From an uncultured Ignavibacteriales bacterium (lineage in GTDB: Bacteria > Zixibacteria > MSB-5A5 > GN15 > FEB-12): a stretch of DNA of 64,000 nt. This document shows, in pieces, positions 28,857-37,436 of the stretch. Both the position numbers and the translations under genes were made by a program. The DNA lies in contig CAYNIJ010000001.1 in assembly GCA_964397415.1 (NCBI GenBank), forward strand, positions 522,345-586,344. Direction: 5' to 3'. The notes below the pieces were generated by a model. It did no database searches and was not told the origin of the DNA. It worked only from the letters and a program-made list of their open reading frames with translations. Numbering within the stretch: position 1 is the first letter of the stretch; each line of letters starts with the position of its first letter.

Positions 28857-28998
28857 TCAAACCTCCTTATGACGATGAGCATGGCGTACCGAAGAATCAT
28901 ATAGATCGAATATATAGACGGATAAAGGGGGACAGGCAACTGCAAAAAAAAGAGCCGGATTCTATCCGGCTCCACTTGTGATGGTAAGAAAGGTAATT

Positions 28999-29271
28999 TC
29001 AGACGGCTACAGAGGCGAGACGTCCCGCGGCCCGCTGTTCTTCCTCAAAGACGACCCTGCGGTAGAAATCGCAGGAATGACACGATCGACCGTAGCAAGG
29101 GGAATTAGCGGCCTTGGCGACCATCCAACAGGCCCGTCCGGCCCCGCGTCCGTCGTTAGTGCCGTCAAGCTTTAAGCATGTCGAAACCGGACACTCCGAG
29201 TGTCCGTCGGCCAGGAGGCCGCCTTTCTCATATCCACAGTTTTTGAACTGCCAGCAGTTCAGTTTTCGCAT
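28999..29271 (-). CDS. Two-CW domain small Cys-rich protein
   Basis: NCWQFKNCG..CPV..DGTNDGRGAGRACW..CHSCDFY; terminator at 28944-28972. Confidence 0.8.
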   Translation of the reverse strand: MRKLNCWQFKNCGYEKGGLLADGHSECPVSTCLKLDGTNDGRGAGRACWMVAKAANSPCYGRSCHSCDFYRRVVFEEEQRAAGRLASVAV

Positions 29272-29285
29272 CGCACCTGTCCCGG

Positions 29286-31256
29286 TTATTGTTCGTTCTG
29301 GACCACCCGGAGGACGGCGGAGTAGGCACGATCCTGCTCGAGCCGCGACAGTTGCTCCTGGGTAGCCGTTTCTTTGAATTTGTCGTAGCTCTTCTTGACG
29401 TTCTTCAGGTCATCGTCCCCGAAGTAGCAGAGCATGAGATATTGATAGATCACCGGATCGTTCGGGTCTTCAGATCGGGCATCCTTGAGATGCTTGATTG
29501 CTTGTTTATAGTTTCCCTGGGCGAAGCGGGCCTCACCGAGACCAAAGTGGGCTCGGGCCGAGCGTTTGTCAACTTTGAGGACAGCTTCGTAATCCGCGAT
29601 CGCCGCAATCTCTTCCTGACGAGCCATATGCAGTCCGGCGCGTCCCAGGAGCGCGGGGACTGAGTTGGGCATCATCTTCACCGCGTTATTGAACGCGGTC
29701 ATTGAAGTGCCGTACTCGCCGTTGATGCGGAAGATCTCAGCGGCACGAAGGTAATCATCGTGGGCGTCGGTGCGACGGGATGCCAGCGTATAGGCTTCCG
29801 CGCGGCTCAGATACGCCGCGGTATAGTTCGGGTGGGTCTCAAGAATAGACGAGAGTGCGGCGATGGCGCCATCGACATTGCCGGAGCGCAAGGTACCGAC
29901 CGCCAGATTGTACTGGCCTTCAAGAGAGATTACAGCAACGTTGTCGGTCGGGGTAAGAGCGACCTCAAGCGTGACTATTGCGTCAGAAGGGACATTGACC
30001 GTTCCAGAGGCAGTCTGGTATCCTTCTTTGGAAACAGTATATGAGCGCTGACCTGAAGCAATGCGGTTAAAGGTGAGATTTCCGGCCCCAATTACTGTGC
30101 CATCGATCGTCAACCGCGCTCCATCGACATTTGCCGCGAGCGCGACCTTACCGAAATCGGATTTCTTCGCTGTACTGCCCGGCTGGATCGGTCGCTGGAG
30201 ATTTTCATTGTGAGGAACGGCGGCCGGTCTACTGTCGTCGTAAGCCTGATTGTAGTCTTGCGGTTGGTCAGGACTGACAGAGGGGAGATTCTCAACAGAC
30301 GCAAGTTCGCCGGGGAACAGAGTCATGGTGGTCAGGTCGCCCGCGGTGACTGTCGCATAGTCAACTTTGATGGTCTGCCCATTGACCACGTATTCGACTC
30401 GATGCGTACCGGGGTTAAGACCGCTGACGCGGAAAAATCCTTCACCGTTGGCGGTGGCGGATTTGCCGCTTTCGGGGAGACGGATGGTAGCGCCTTCGAT
30501 GAAGGGCTGATGATTCTCGTCCAGAGCGACGCCGACGATCTCACCTTGCCCATTGTGAGTATCGCGAACCAACATTGGGACGAAGATCGCCAGGAGCACG
30601 AGGAACGCCGCGCCCGCGACTATGCCGTAGGTCTTGGTATCCAGCCGCTTTTTGCGGAGGAGGTAAGGGCGGTCATTGACGATTATCTCGTCGTTCTCAT
30701 GCAGATCCACCTCGCCATGGATCTGGATGTAATTCTTCATGAAGTAAGCGAGACCACGTCCCCGTTTGGCCGCGACGGGCTTGTGCAAGTCCGCCGGCTG
30801 AGGACCATGAGCGATATGTGCTTTGGGGACCGGGTCGCCTTCGATCTTCCTGAGGGCGGCCTGTTTGTCGGCCTCTGAGAGATACTTCTCTTTGGAGTAG
30901 AGCTTCTTCTCGATAGACTCGAGTTCTTTCTCAGACAATCTGCGCAGTTTCTGTGTGTCGCTGACCTCGGCCTGCGCCGGTTTGGCTACCGGTGCAATAG
31001 GAATGGGTTGAGTGACTGGCCCGTCATCCTTTTGTCCTTCCAACCATTCCGCGCTAGACTGTACGCCGAGCGTGTCTTTGGCCGGTCGTGCGGTATAGGA
31101 TCCGGCATCGTCGTCTTTGCTATCGTGCGCTTCGGAAACGGTGAATTCGAGGGCGTCATCATCCTTGGGCGTGGGCTTGAGAGTCACGCCGCAATGTTCA
31201 CAGAACTCCGTGCTGTCAAACAGGATTTCCGTCTTGCAGTTTGGGCATCGCTTCAA
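29286..31256 (-). CDS. Zinc-ribbon / TM / carboxypeptidase-regulatory-like / PEGA / TPR protein
   Basis: CPNC..CEHC; TM helix; GVALDENHQPFIEGATI..GFF; ANVDGARLTIDG..VSKEGYQ (PEGA); C-terminal TPRs. Confidence 0.8.
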   Translation of the reverse strand: MKRCPNCKTEILFDSTEFCEHCGVTLKPTPKDDDALEFTVSEAHDSKDDDAGSYTARPAKDTLGVQSSAEWLEGQKDDGPVTQPIPIAPVAKPAQAEVSDTQKLRRLSEKELESIEKKLYSKEKYLSEADKQAALRKIEGDPVPKAHIAHGPQPADLHKPVAAKRGRGLAYFMKNYIQIHGEVDLHENDEIIVNDRPYLLRKKRLDTKTYGIVAGAAFLVLLAIFVPMLVRDTHNGQGEIVGVALDENHQPFIEGATIRLPESGKSATANGEGFFRVSGLNPGTHRVEYVVNGQTIKVDYATVTAGDLTTMTLFPGELASVENLPSVSPDQPQDYNQAYDDSRPAAVPHNENLQRPIQPGSTAKKSDFGKVALAANVDGARLTIDGTVIGAGNLTFNRIASGQRSYTVSKEGYQTASGTVNVPSDAIVTLEVALTPTDNVAVISLEGQYNLAVGTLRSGNVDGAIAALSSILETHPNYTAAYLSRAEAYTLASRRTDAHDDYLRAAEIFRINGEYGTSMTAFNNAVKMMPNSVPALLGRAGLHMARQEEIAAIADYEAVLKVDKRSARAHFGLGEARFAQGNYKQAIKHLKDARSEDPNDPVIYQYLMLCYFGDDDLKNVKKSYDKFKETATQEQLSRLEQDRAYSAVLRVVQNEQ

Positions 31257-31296
31257 AGGAAAGTCCCCGTGTTTGCTGGTTATCTCTTTTCTGTAA

Positions 31297-31323
31297 TTAT
31301 CGACCTTCGGGGAGATTTCTTTA
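31297..31323 (-). promoter_or_regulatory. sigma28-type promoter candidate for the TPR/PEGA - two-CW operon
   Basis: TAAA-N15-GTCGATAA, ~40 nt upstream of the start codon. Confidence 0.65.
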
Positions 31324-31475
31324 AATGTCCGGTTGGGGGCAACCGTCTATGCTGCAAGCGTAAACCGTCAAAATATGCCCTTGACACCCGCGCGAACGGC
31401 GTGTTATACTTGCGGTTCAATTTGACGCATATTGGTTCAACACATCCGGTTCGCCCCCGGAGGAGGAAGAGATAG

Positions 31476-32873
31476 ATGCTAAGGCGTATTAAATGCTTGC
31501 CTGTATTGCTCTTAGCTGGCTTGGTCGCTATGATGGCGGTTGGCTGTTCTCAGGATGAGGATATTGTCAGTCCGGTATCTACGACTGAACTAACCCTGTC
31601 GGCGCTTCGGTTGCCGACTCCGCCGCCTGGCATGATGTACGAATTGTGGGCTGCCGGCTCCGATGACACGGTATCCTTGGGGAAGTTCTCCTACGATCCT
31701 GAGGTGCAGAAATTCCTGGACGCGTCCGGGAACGAGCGCGATGCCGTATTCATTTTCAGCGGTGATCTGTTTGATTACAATTCGGTATTTGTGTCGGTCG
31801 AAGTGGATCCCGATGACAATTTGGCCAAGCATGGCCCAATCATGCTCATCGACGACGTCAGCGATCCGGCCAATTCACCGTTCCAGTTGGTATTCCCGCT
31901 CTCCGATTCATTGTGGGAGGGTTACGCCCGCTTCAATATGGAGGGGGTCTCCGATCGCAATCGAAATGACAATGATGGGAACGGACTCTGGTTCTCTCGA
32001 TATAGCCAGACGTTTTACACCACCCCGGATACATTCGCGATCTCGATCGCTGAAGATACAGTCTGGGACAGCACGGGAACCGATTCCGTGGAGTTCATAG
32101 TCGGAATCGAGGATATCGAAACAACGCTGGTGTCAGTGGAAGCGGACACTGGATTTTGGCGGAACGGAATGATCTGGTTGGGTAATCAGCCGCTGATGCA
32201 TCACGGGTTGAGCTATCGATTCGTATTGCAGAAGGTGGCGCCGCCGTACCTGGTGGTCAGAAAGACGCCGACGTTCACAACCGGTGTCAGAAATGATCTG
32301 ATCGATTATTTCACTCAGGATTATAGCGCCCTTCCGGATTACACCCCGTGGGGTTGGAAATACAAGGGTTGGGTAGTGCTGTCACACTACAACTCAGTTC
32401 CCATGACCACGCGTTGGAGAATGACTCCGCCGGCGTGGCGATACAAAGCCGCGACATTCAACTGGATCCCCGGTGATACAGGAGTGCTCTTCACTACAGG
32501 TACCTTTGCCACTATCGATTCACCGGATGACGCCAATCCTTACAAACTGGATGGGCCGATTCCGCCGTTCCCGGGAGAGGATTTCCTTAACGAGGCCGCC
32601 ATGCAGGCGGCGTTTGGGATCAGCACGGTTGAATTGATGCCGAATGCTACCGGTAACGTAGGGACTGTGTTCATTTCACTGGAGCCGGAGAATGCGGTTT
32701 CCGATACGACGAACTTCCCGCTATTGCTGATGACAGAGCCGTTGCCGAACAGTCGGTCGACTATCACGGCCAACACCGTGCAGGTGGCGATGACGAACCG
32801 GTCCGGGACTGTCGACAGTGATCCTCTGGCGCCGGGTTTCCCGCAGATCAGTGTGGCCCTAAAGAGGTACTAA
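31476..32873 (+). CDS. Lipoprotein with two RskA-C-like (anti-sigma-K-like) motifs
   Basis: Lipobox AVGC; LPTPPPGMMYELW..SLGKF and LPDYTPWGWKYKGWVV..TGTF..PPFPGEDFL; GGAGG RBS. Confidence 0.65.
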   Translation: MLRRIKCLPVLLLAGLVAMMAVGCSQDEDIVSPVSTTELTLSALRLPTPPPGMMYELWAAGSDDTVSLGKFSYDPEVQKFLDASGNERDAVFIFSGDLFDYNSVFVSVEVDPDDNLAKHGPIMLIDDVSDPANSPFQLVFPLSDSLWEGYARFNMEGVSDRNRNDNDGNGLWFSRYSQTFYTTPDTFAISIAEDTVWDSTGTDSVEFIVGIEDIETTLVSVEADTGFWRNGMIWLGNQPLMHHGLSYRFVLQKVAPPYLVVRKTPTFTTGVRNDLIDYFTQDYSALPDYTPWGWKYKGWVVLSHYNSVPMTTRWRMTPPAWRYKAATFNWIPGDTGVLFTTGTFATIDSPDDANPYKLDGPIPPFPGEDFLNEAAMQAAFGISTVELMPNATGNVGTVFISLEPENAVSDTTNFPLLLMTEPLPNSRSTITANTVQVAMTNRSGTVDSDPLAPGFPQISVALKRY

Positions 32874-32902
32874 TCGGCGTTAGAATAGACTGTTTGGTCT
32901 TT

Positions 32903-32933
32903 GAGAGCCTGTCGATGACAGGCTCTTTTTTTT
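32903..32933 (+). terminator. Intrinsic terminator
   Basis: AGAGCCTGTC-GAT-GACAGGCTCT + T-tract. Confidence 0.88.
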
Positions 32934-33098
32934 GGCGCCCAACAGGGAGAAAGTGCGCACAGAGGGGGAAAGGGATGCAAACAATTTGCAGGTGACAGGC
33001 GTACTGGTTGGGGCACGGCCAGTTACACGTGGGAGAAACGCGCTATAATTCATTGCATTATCTGACATTGGGGTGTATATTTTATCCACATCTGCCAG

Positions 33099-33114
33099 CG
33101 GCACAGCGCTTGCT
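33099..33114 (+). promoter_or_regulatory. sigma54 -24/-12 promoter candidate with upstream activator-like palindrome
   Basis: CGGCAC-N5-TTGCT; TGCAAA-CAA-TTTGCA at 32976-32990; IHF-like TAATTCATTGCAT at 33046. Confidence 0.7.
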
Positions 33115-33124
33115 TGGTTCCTAT

Positions 33125-33256
33125 CTGTGAGAATGCGTCTACTGTTCCCTTATGTGAATTCTCGCCACGTGTAAATAAGGGAGTGGTGAGCGCTGGTTCG
33201 CCAGCCACCTGACGTTAGAGTCGGGCATCCCCCCTCCACCACTCCCTCTTTTTTTT
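33125..33256 (+). ncRNA. Candidate sigma54-driven small RNA or attenuator leader
   Basis: AGGGAGTGGTG/CACCACTCCCT closing stem + T8; GCTGG-TTCG-CCAGC and CCTGAC..GTCGGG hairpins; unpaired ATCCCCCCTC. Confidence 0.6.
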
Positions 33257-33293
33257 CTTTTTCTCAGTATTACCGCTGTTCGAGCTCCAACCG

Positions 33294-33320
33294 TAAACCT
33301 TTCCGTGAAACTGTCGATAC
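33294..33320 (+). promoter_or_regulatory. sigma28-type promoter candidate for the histidine kinase
   Basis: TAAA-N15-GTCGATAC. Confidence 0.55.
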
Positions 33321-33330
33321 CACATCAAGT

Positions 33331-35322
33331 ATGTGGTTTTTCCCGAGACCAAAATTCCGGTCGACAGGCGGTGGTGACAACGTCCTGCGTACCGGATTTC
33401 TCGCCCGACTCGGCAATTTGATCGTGCTGCAGGCGATCTTTGTCTTTGTGGCCATAGCGCTGATCCTCTTTTATCCCGGGCCGTCACGTGAGCACTCCGA
33501 AACAAGCGGGCCGATTCACGCTCTGGTACAGGACCTCGGACATCGACTGCTTGAGCAATATTTGAACAGTGTGTCGACCACCGGGGGAACTTCCTCGGGG
33601 ACGCTTCGAGAGGAGATCCAGTTGAGTGGCGAGGGGATCACCTCAGCCTCACTTTACCTGGTAAGAAGTGATGGAGTGGTGGAGTGTCTGCATTCACAGG
33701 CGTCACAGTTGCCGACCGCGGAGAGCTATGAGTTTTCCGAGGGGATCTCAACCATTCGCGAGGGATTGATCCGTCAGGCCGCCGCTGAATCGCCGGGATT
33801 CTATCTCACGAATATCGTAAACGATGTGGAAAAGAATATCTACTATCGCCCCCTGGGAACTGACCTGCCAGTAGTCCTGGTGGCGGGAGTGAACCACGAT
33901 CTGCTTATTTCCAGCAAAACAGATCTTCAGTATGCGTTGTTGCTCCTCTTCCTGGTGACCGTGCTGTTGTCGCTAATGACCATTTATCTCATTTGGAAGC
34001 GATTCCGTCAGCCGCTGGTTCATCTGATCAAGAGACTGGAAAAGACCGCCGATGGCGAGCTCTACTACCAGTTAGAGACGGAGGGCGATATTGAACTAAA
34101 TGTCCTCAGCAGTAGTTTCAATCGCCTGACCAAGACGCTGTGGTCGAATCAGCAAGAGATGAAAACCTACAACAACCGCTTGCGGGAGATCAACGCGTCG
34201 CTACTGCAGTCACGCTTGTTCCTGGCGACCCTTATCGACAGTTCGCCGTCTGCCATCGTCGTAACGTCTCGCGACGGCCAGATAATCATATTCAATCGCG
34301 AGGCAGCCAAGGTGTTCGGATATTCGTCCGACCAAGCGCTGGGGAAGAATGTGTCCGAGTTGTTCAAACAGCCGGTTGACATGAAGATCGCCGACGAGAG
34401 CGAAAAGCCGGGGTTTGAGGCGATCAGTCTGCGGGCCGATGGCTCGGCGTTCCCAGTCTGGGTAACGATGACGCCATCGCGTTCGGATGAAGGAGAGATC
34501 TGGGCGTTCGTATATATCATCCACGACATCACCGAGTCGACCAGTTTCCAGGAGATGATGATCCGTCTCGACCGTTATTCCACGCGCGGCGAGATGGCCG
34601 GGGATATCGCGCACGAGATAAACAACTATCTTGCGGTGCTATCAGGCAATCTGGAGTTGTTCCCAATCCTCCTGAAGAAGGGGGATCCGGAAAAGATCGA
34701 GAAGAAGCTCGAGTTGATGCGCAGCACGGTCGACCGTGTGGCACGATTCGCGGACGGCCTGATGGATACCAATCGGGATGAGGCGACACCCGAACCGACC
34801 AGCCTGAACCAGGTGGTTGAGAATGTGCTCGCTTTCCTGAAGCCGCAGAACAAATTCGACTCGGTGGAGTTCAATACGCGACTTTCTTCTGAACTGCCGC
34901 TCATCGGCCTGGACCCGGGTCAGGTCCAGCAATTGATGGTCAATCTGGTGAATAATGCCACTGACGCCGCGATCACTCTTGGTGTGAAGCCGCAGATACG
35001 GATCACCACTCAATTGGTGAAAGAGGCCGGAAAGTCCTTTGCCCGGGTCGAGGTCGCGGACAATGGCGCGGGTGTGCCCGAAGAGAAGGTCGAAGCGCTC
35101 TTCAACCGCCGCTTCACAACAAAGCGCAAGGGGCACGGCATCGGCCTGGTCACATGCAAACGGATCATGGATGCCCACCAGGGGAGTATCAGCTACCACT
35201 CAGACTCGGGCGCGGTTTTTACCTGCACATTCCCCTATGAACGAACGGCCGTTGCTGAAGACGTCTCCGGGCCAGCGGGTTCATCTCAGCCGACACCATC
35301 TTCTCCTCTGGTTCACGCCTAA
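33331..35322 (+). CDS. Membrane sensor histidine kinase (HAMP, PAS, HisKA, HATPase); start uncertain
   Basis: 2 TM helices, HAMP, PAS (IFNREAAKVFGY), DIAHEINN, NLVNNA, DNGAG, FTTK..GHGIGL. Confidence 0.93.
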   Translation: MWFFPRPKFRSTGGGDNVLRTGFLARLGNLIVLQAIFVFVAIALILFYPGPSREHSETSGPIHALVQDLGHRLLEQYLNSVSTTGGTSSGTLREEIQLSGEGITSASLYLVRSDGVVECLHSQASQLPTAESYEFSEGISTIREGLIRQAAAESPGFYLTNIVNDVEKNIYYRPLGTDLPVVLVAGVNHDLLISSKTDLQYALLLLFLVTVLLSLMTIYLIWKRFRQPLVHLIKRLEKTADGELYYQLETEGDIELNVLSSSFNRLTKTLWSNQQEMKTYNNRLREINASLLQSRLFLATLIDSSPSAIVVTSRDGQIIIFNREAAKVFGYSSDQALGKNVSELFKQPVDMKIADESEKPGFEAISLRADGSAFPVWVTMTPSRSDEGEIWAFVYIIHDITESTSFQEMMIRLDRYSTRGEMAGDIAHEINNYLAVLSGNLELFPILLKKGDPEKIEKKLELMRSTVDRVARFADGLMDTNRDEATPEPTSLNQVVENVLAFLKPQNKFDSVEFNTRLSSELPLIGLDPGQVQQLMVNLVNNATDAAITLGVKPQIRITTQLVKEAGKSFARVEVADNGAGVPEEKVEALFNRRFTTKRKGHGIGLVTCKRIMDAHQGSISYHSDSGAVFTCTFPYERTAVAEDVSGPAGSSQPTPSSPLVHA

Positions 35323-35364
35323 CTTTATCTTGCCGCGACTGTCGCGCTGTCATACCATATCTTC

Positions 35365-37380
35365 ATGAGTCAGAATCGGGATATTCAGTCTCGACTGGAC
35401 CAACGCTCCACGGTCGTGATCATTGTCGCACTGGCCGTTGTGGTGTTGATCTTCACCTGGATAAGTACTAGTCAGAGCCGAAAAGACAGCTTCCAACTGC
35501 TGGTGCGGCAGGGAGCGGCTTTTACGACGTCGCTCGCGGAGGCATCACGGAACGCTATCGAAGCGGAACGATTCTACGACCGTCTGGTGCAACGTCGGTA
35601 CGGGGATCTGGTGACAACTTTGCTGGGGAATCGACAGCATACCTCCAATCAGGGATTACACGAGTTTGTACGGGACCACGATCTGCTGGGAGTCTGGCTC
35701 TACGAGCGGGATAGCACCGGGACAATCAGGTCTGAAGCCGGTTCTGCCAAGATACAACTGCCAGAGTTCGTGAGGCTGGAGGCGGACACGCTGGCGCTGT
35801 CTCAGGTTCCGCAGTTTGTGCAGCTTCTCGATGAACAGGAGGAGCGGGGAGAGATCGCGCTCTACTATATCCAATTGACCGACAGTCTGAATCGCGTCAT
35901 TATCTTGGCTGTGGACGGTAAGTCTTATCAGGCGGCTCTCGAACAAACGGGGATCGGGTACCTATCGCAGCGCATGGCTCGTGAAGAGGGGGTGGAGTAC
36001 ATAATCTATCAGGCAACAGACGGGATCATCTTCGCGTCCCGCAAGCCAGGCGAATTGCTCGCGATAGAGTCTGATCCGTTCCTGCAAGATGCCCTCAAGT
36101 CAGATACGACGTGCAATCGCATATTCGAATTCCAGGGAGAAGATGTACTTGAGCTGGTGCATCCATTCTCGACCGCCGATTATCCTCAAGGAGTGTTTCG
36201 GGTTGGACTATCTCTCCGCGGATACTACTCCGTCTCGCGTGGCTTTGATTGGCAGATGATCGTACTCTCGGTTGTCCTGTTCGGGCTGGTGATCACGGCT
36301 ATTCTATATCTCAACAGTCGGAGAAAACGCCGAGCGATATCTCTGGAATATTCGCAGATAAAGTCACTGACCGATCGAATATTCGAGCAGATGGAGACCG
36401 GGGTGGCGGTGATCGGCCGGAATGGAATTGTGCAATTTGCGAACCGTGCGATTGAACGGGCGCTTGGTGGAAGTAATGTGGTAGGGCGGTCATGGGAAGT
36501 TGTGGCTGGTGATCCTCGTCTCGCAGGGATAGCCGGTGTCGACCAAACAAAGGGTGAGACAGAGGTTTCTCTCGTGCAAGGGAAAGAGCCGCGCACGCTA
36601 CTGGTAGCATGGTCGAGAGTTGAATTTGAGGAGCGAAATGATGCCGCCACCGTGCTGGTGGTATATGATGTGACGAAAATCCGGCAGTTCGAGCAGGATG
36701 CTTTTCGCCGCGAAAGGCTCTCTGAAATGGGGAATCTTGCGGCGGGGGTGGCGCATGAGATACGGAATCCGCTCAATACCATCTCGATCGCATCGCAACG
36801 TCTGGCGACGGAGTTTACTCCAAGTGAACGGCAAGAGGAATTCAAACAGTTCACGCAGTCAATTCGAAATGAAACCAAGCGTCTCAATGACATTATCACT
36901 CGGTTTCTCGCGCTTGCTCGTGCAGAAAAGAAGCGGTATCAGCGAGTCGACCTGAAAGAGACTGTTGAGGCCAGTCTTGCACTGGCCGAAGTAGAGGCAT
37001 CGCGGCTGGGGATATCCATTTCGATAGACGTACCTGCTGAGATCGCAGTGGAAGCCGATCCGGATGCTCTCAAGCAAGTGTTCATCAATTTGTTCAATAA
37101 TGCCAAGGAAGCTGCCGGTGGAAGACAACTTCAGATACGGATAGCGGCGGAGAGACGTGAGAAGCAGATAGTGATCCGGTTCTCGGATAACGGACCAGGC
37201 ATCCCGCCAGAGTTGCGCGAGAGGATATTCACGCCGTACTTCACGACCAAAGAGGCGGGGACGGGACTCGGCTTGCCAACCGTTTACAAGATCATTTCAG
37301 AAGCCGGGGGAGAGATACGCGTCGACAGCGACTTTGCCGGCGGTGCGCAGTTTGAGATCATCCTTCCTTTATTGCCATAA
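35365..37380 (+). CDS. Membrane sensor histidine kinase (PAS, NtrB-like HisKA)
   Basis: AAGVAHEIRNPL, NLFNNA, DNGPG, FTPYFTTKEAGTGLGL. Confidence 0.95.
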   Translation: MSQNRDIQSRLDQRSTVVIIVALAVVVLIFTWISTSQSRKDSFQLLVRQGAAFTTSLAEASRNAIEAERFYDRLVQRRYGDLVTTLLGNRQHTSNQGLHEFVRDHDLLGVWLYERDSTGTIRSEAGSAKIQLPEFVRLEADTLALSQVPQFVQLLDEQEERGEIALYYIQLTDSLNRVIILAVDGKSYQAALEQTGIGYLSQRMAREEGVEYIIYQATDGIIFASRKPGELLAIESDPFLQDALKSDTTCNRIFEFQGEDVLELVHPFSTADYPQGVFRVGLSLRGYYSVSRGFDWQMIVLSVVLFGLVITAILYLNSRRKRRAISLEYSQIKSLTDRIFEQMETGVAVIGRNGIVQFANRAIERALGGSNVVGRSWEVVAGDPRLAGIAGVDQTKGETEVSLVQGKEPRTLLVAWSRVEFEERNDAATVLVVYDVTKIRQFEQDAFRRERLSEMGNLAAGVAHEIRNPLNTISIASQRLATEFTPSERQEEFKQFTQSIRNETKRLNDIITRFLALARAEKKRYQRVDLKETVEASLALAEVEASRLGISISIDVPAEIAVEADPDALKQVFINLFNNAKEAAGGRQLQIRIAAERREKQIVIRFSDNGPGIPPELRERIFTPYFTTKEAGTGLGLPTVYKIISEAGGEIRVDSDFAGGAQFEIILPLLP

Positions 37381-37385
37381 ATCAG

Positions 37386-37411
37386 AAAGGCGGCCTTGCG
37401 GCCGCCTTTGT
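37386..37411. terminator. Bidirectional intrinsic terminator
   Basis: AAAGGCGGCC-TTGC-GGCCGCCTTT. Confidence 0.8.
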
Positions 37412-37436
37412 TCAATCTACAGAAATCGATTCACTC

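Noticed and set aside
33082-33090. Replication origin
   Set aside because: Only one DnaA box; no box cluster, AT-rich unwinding element or dnaA/dnaN
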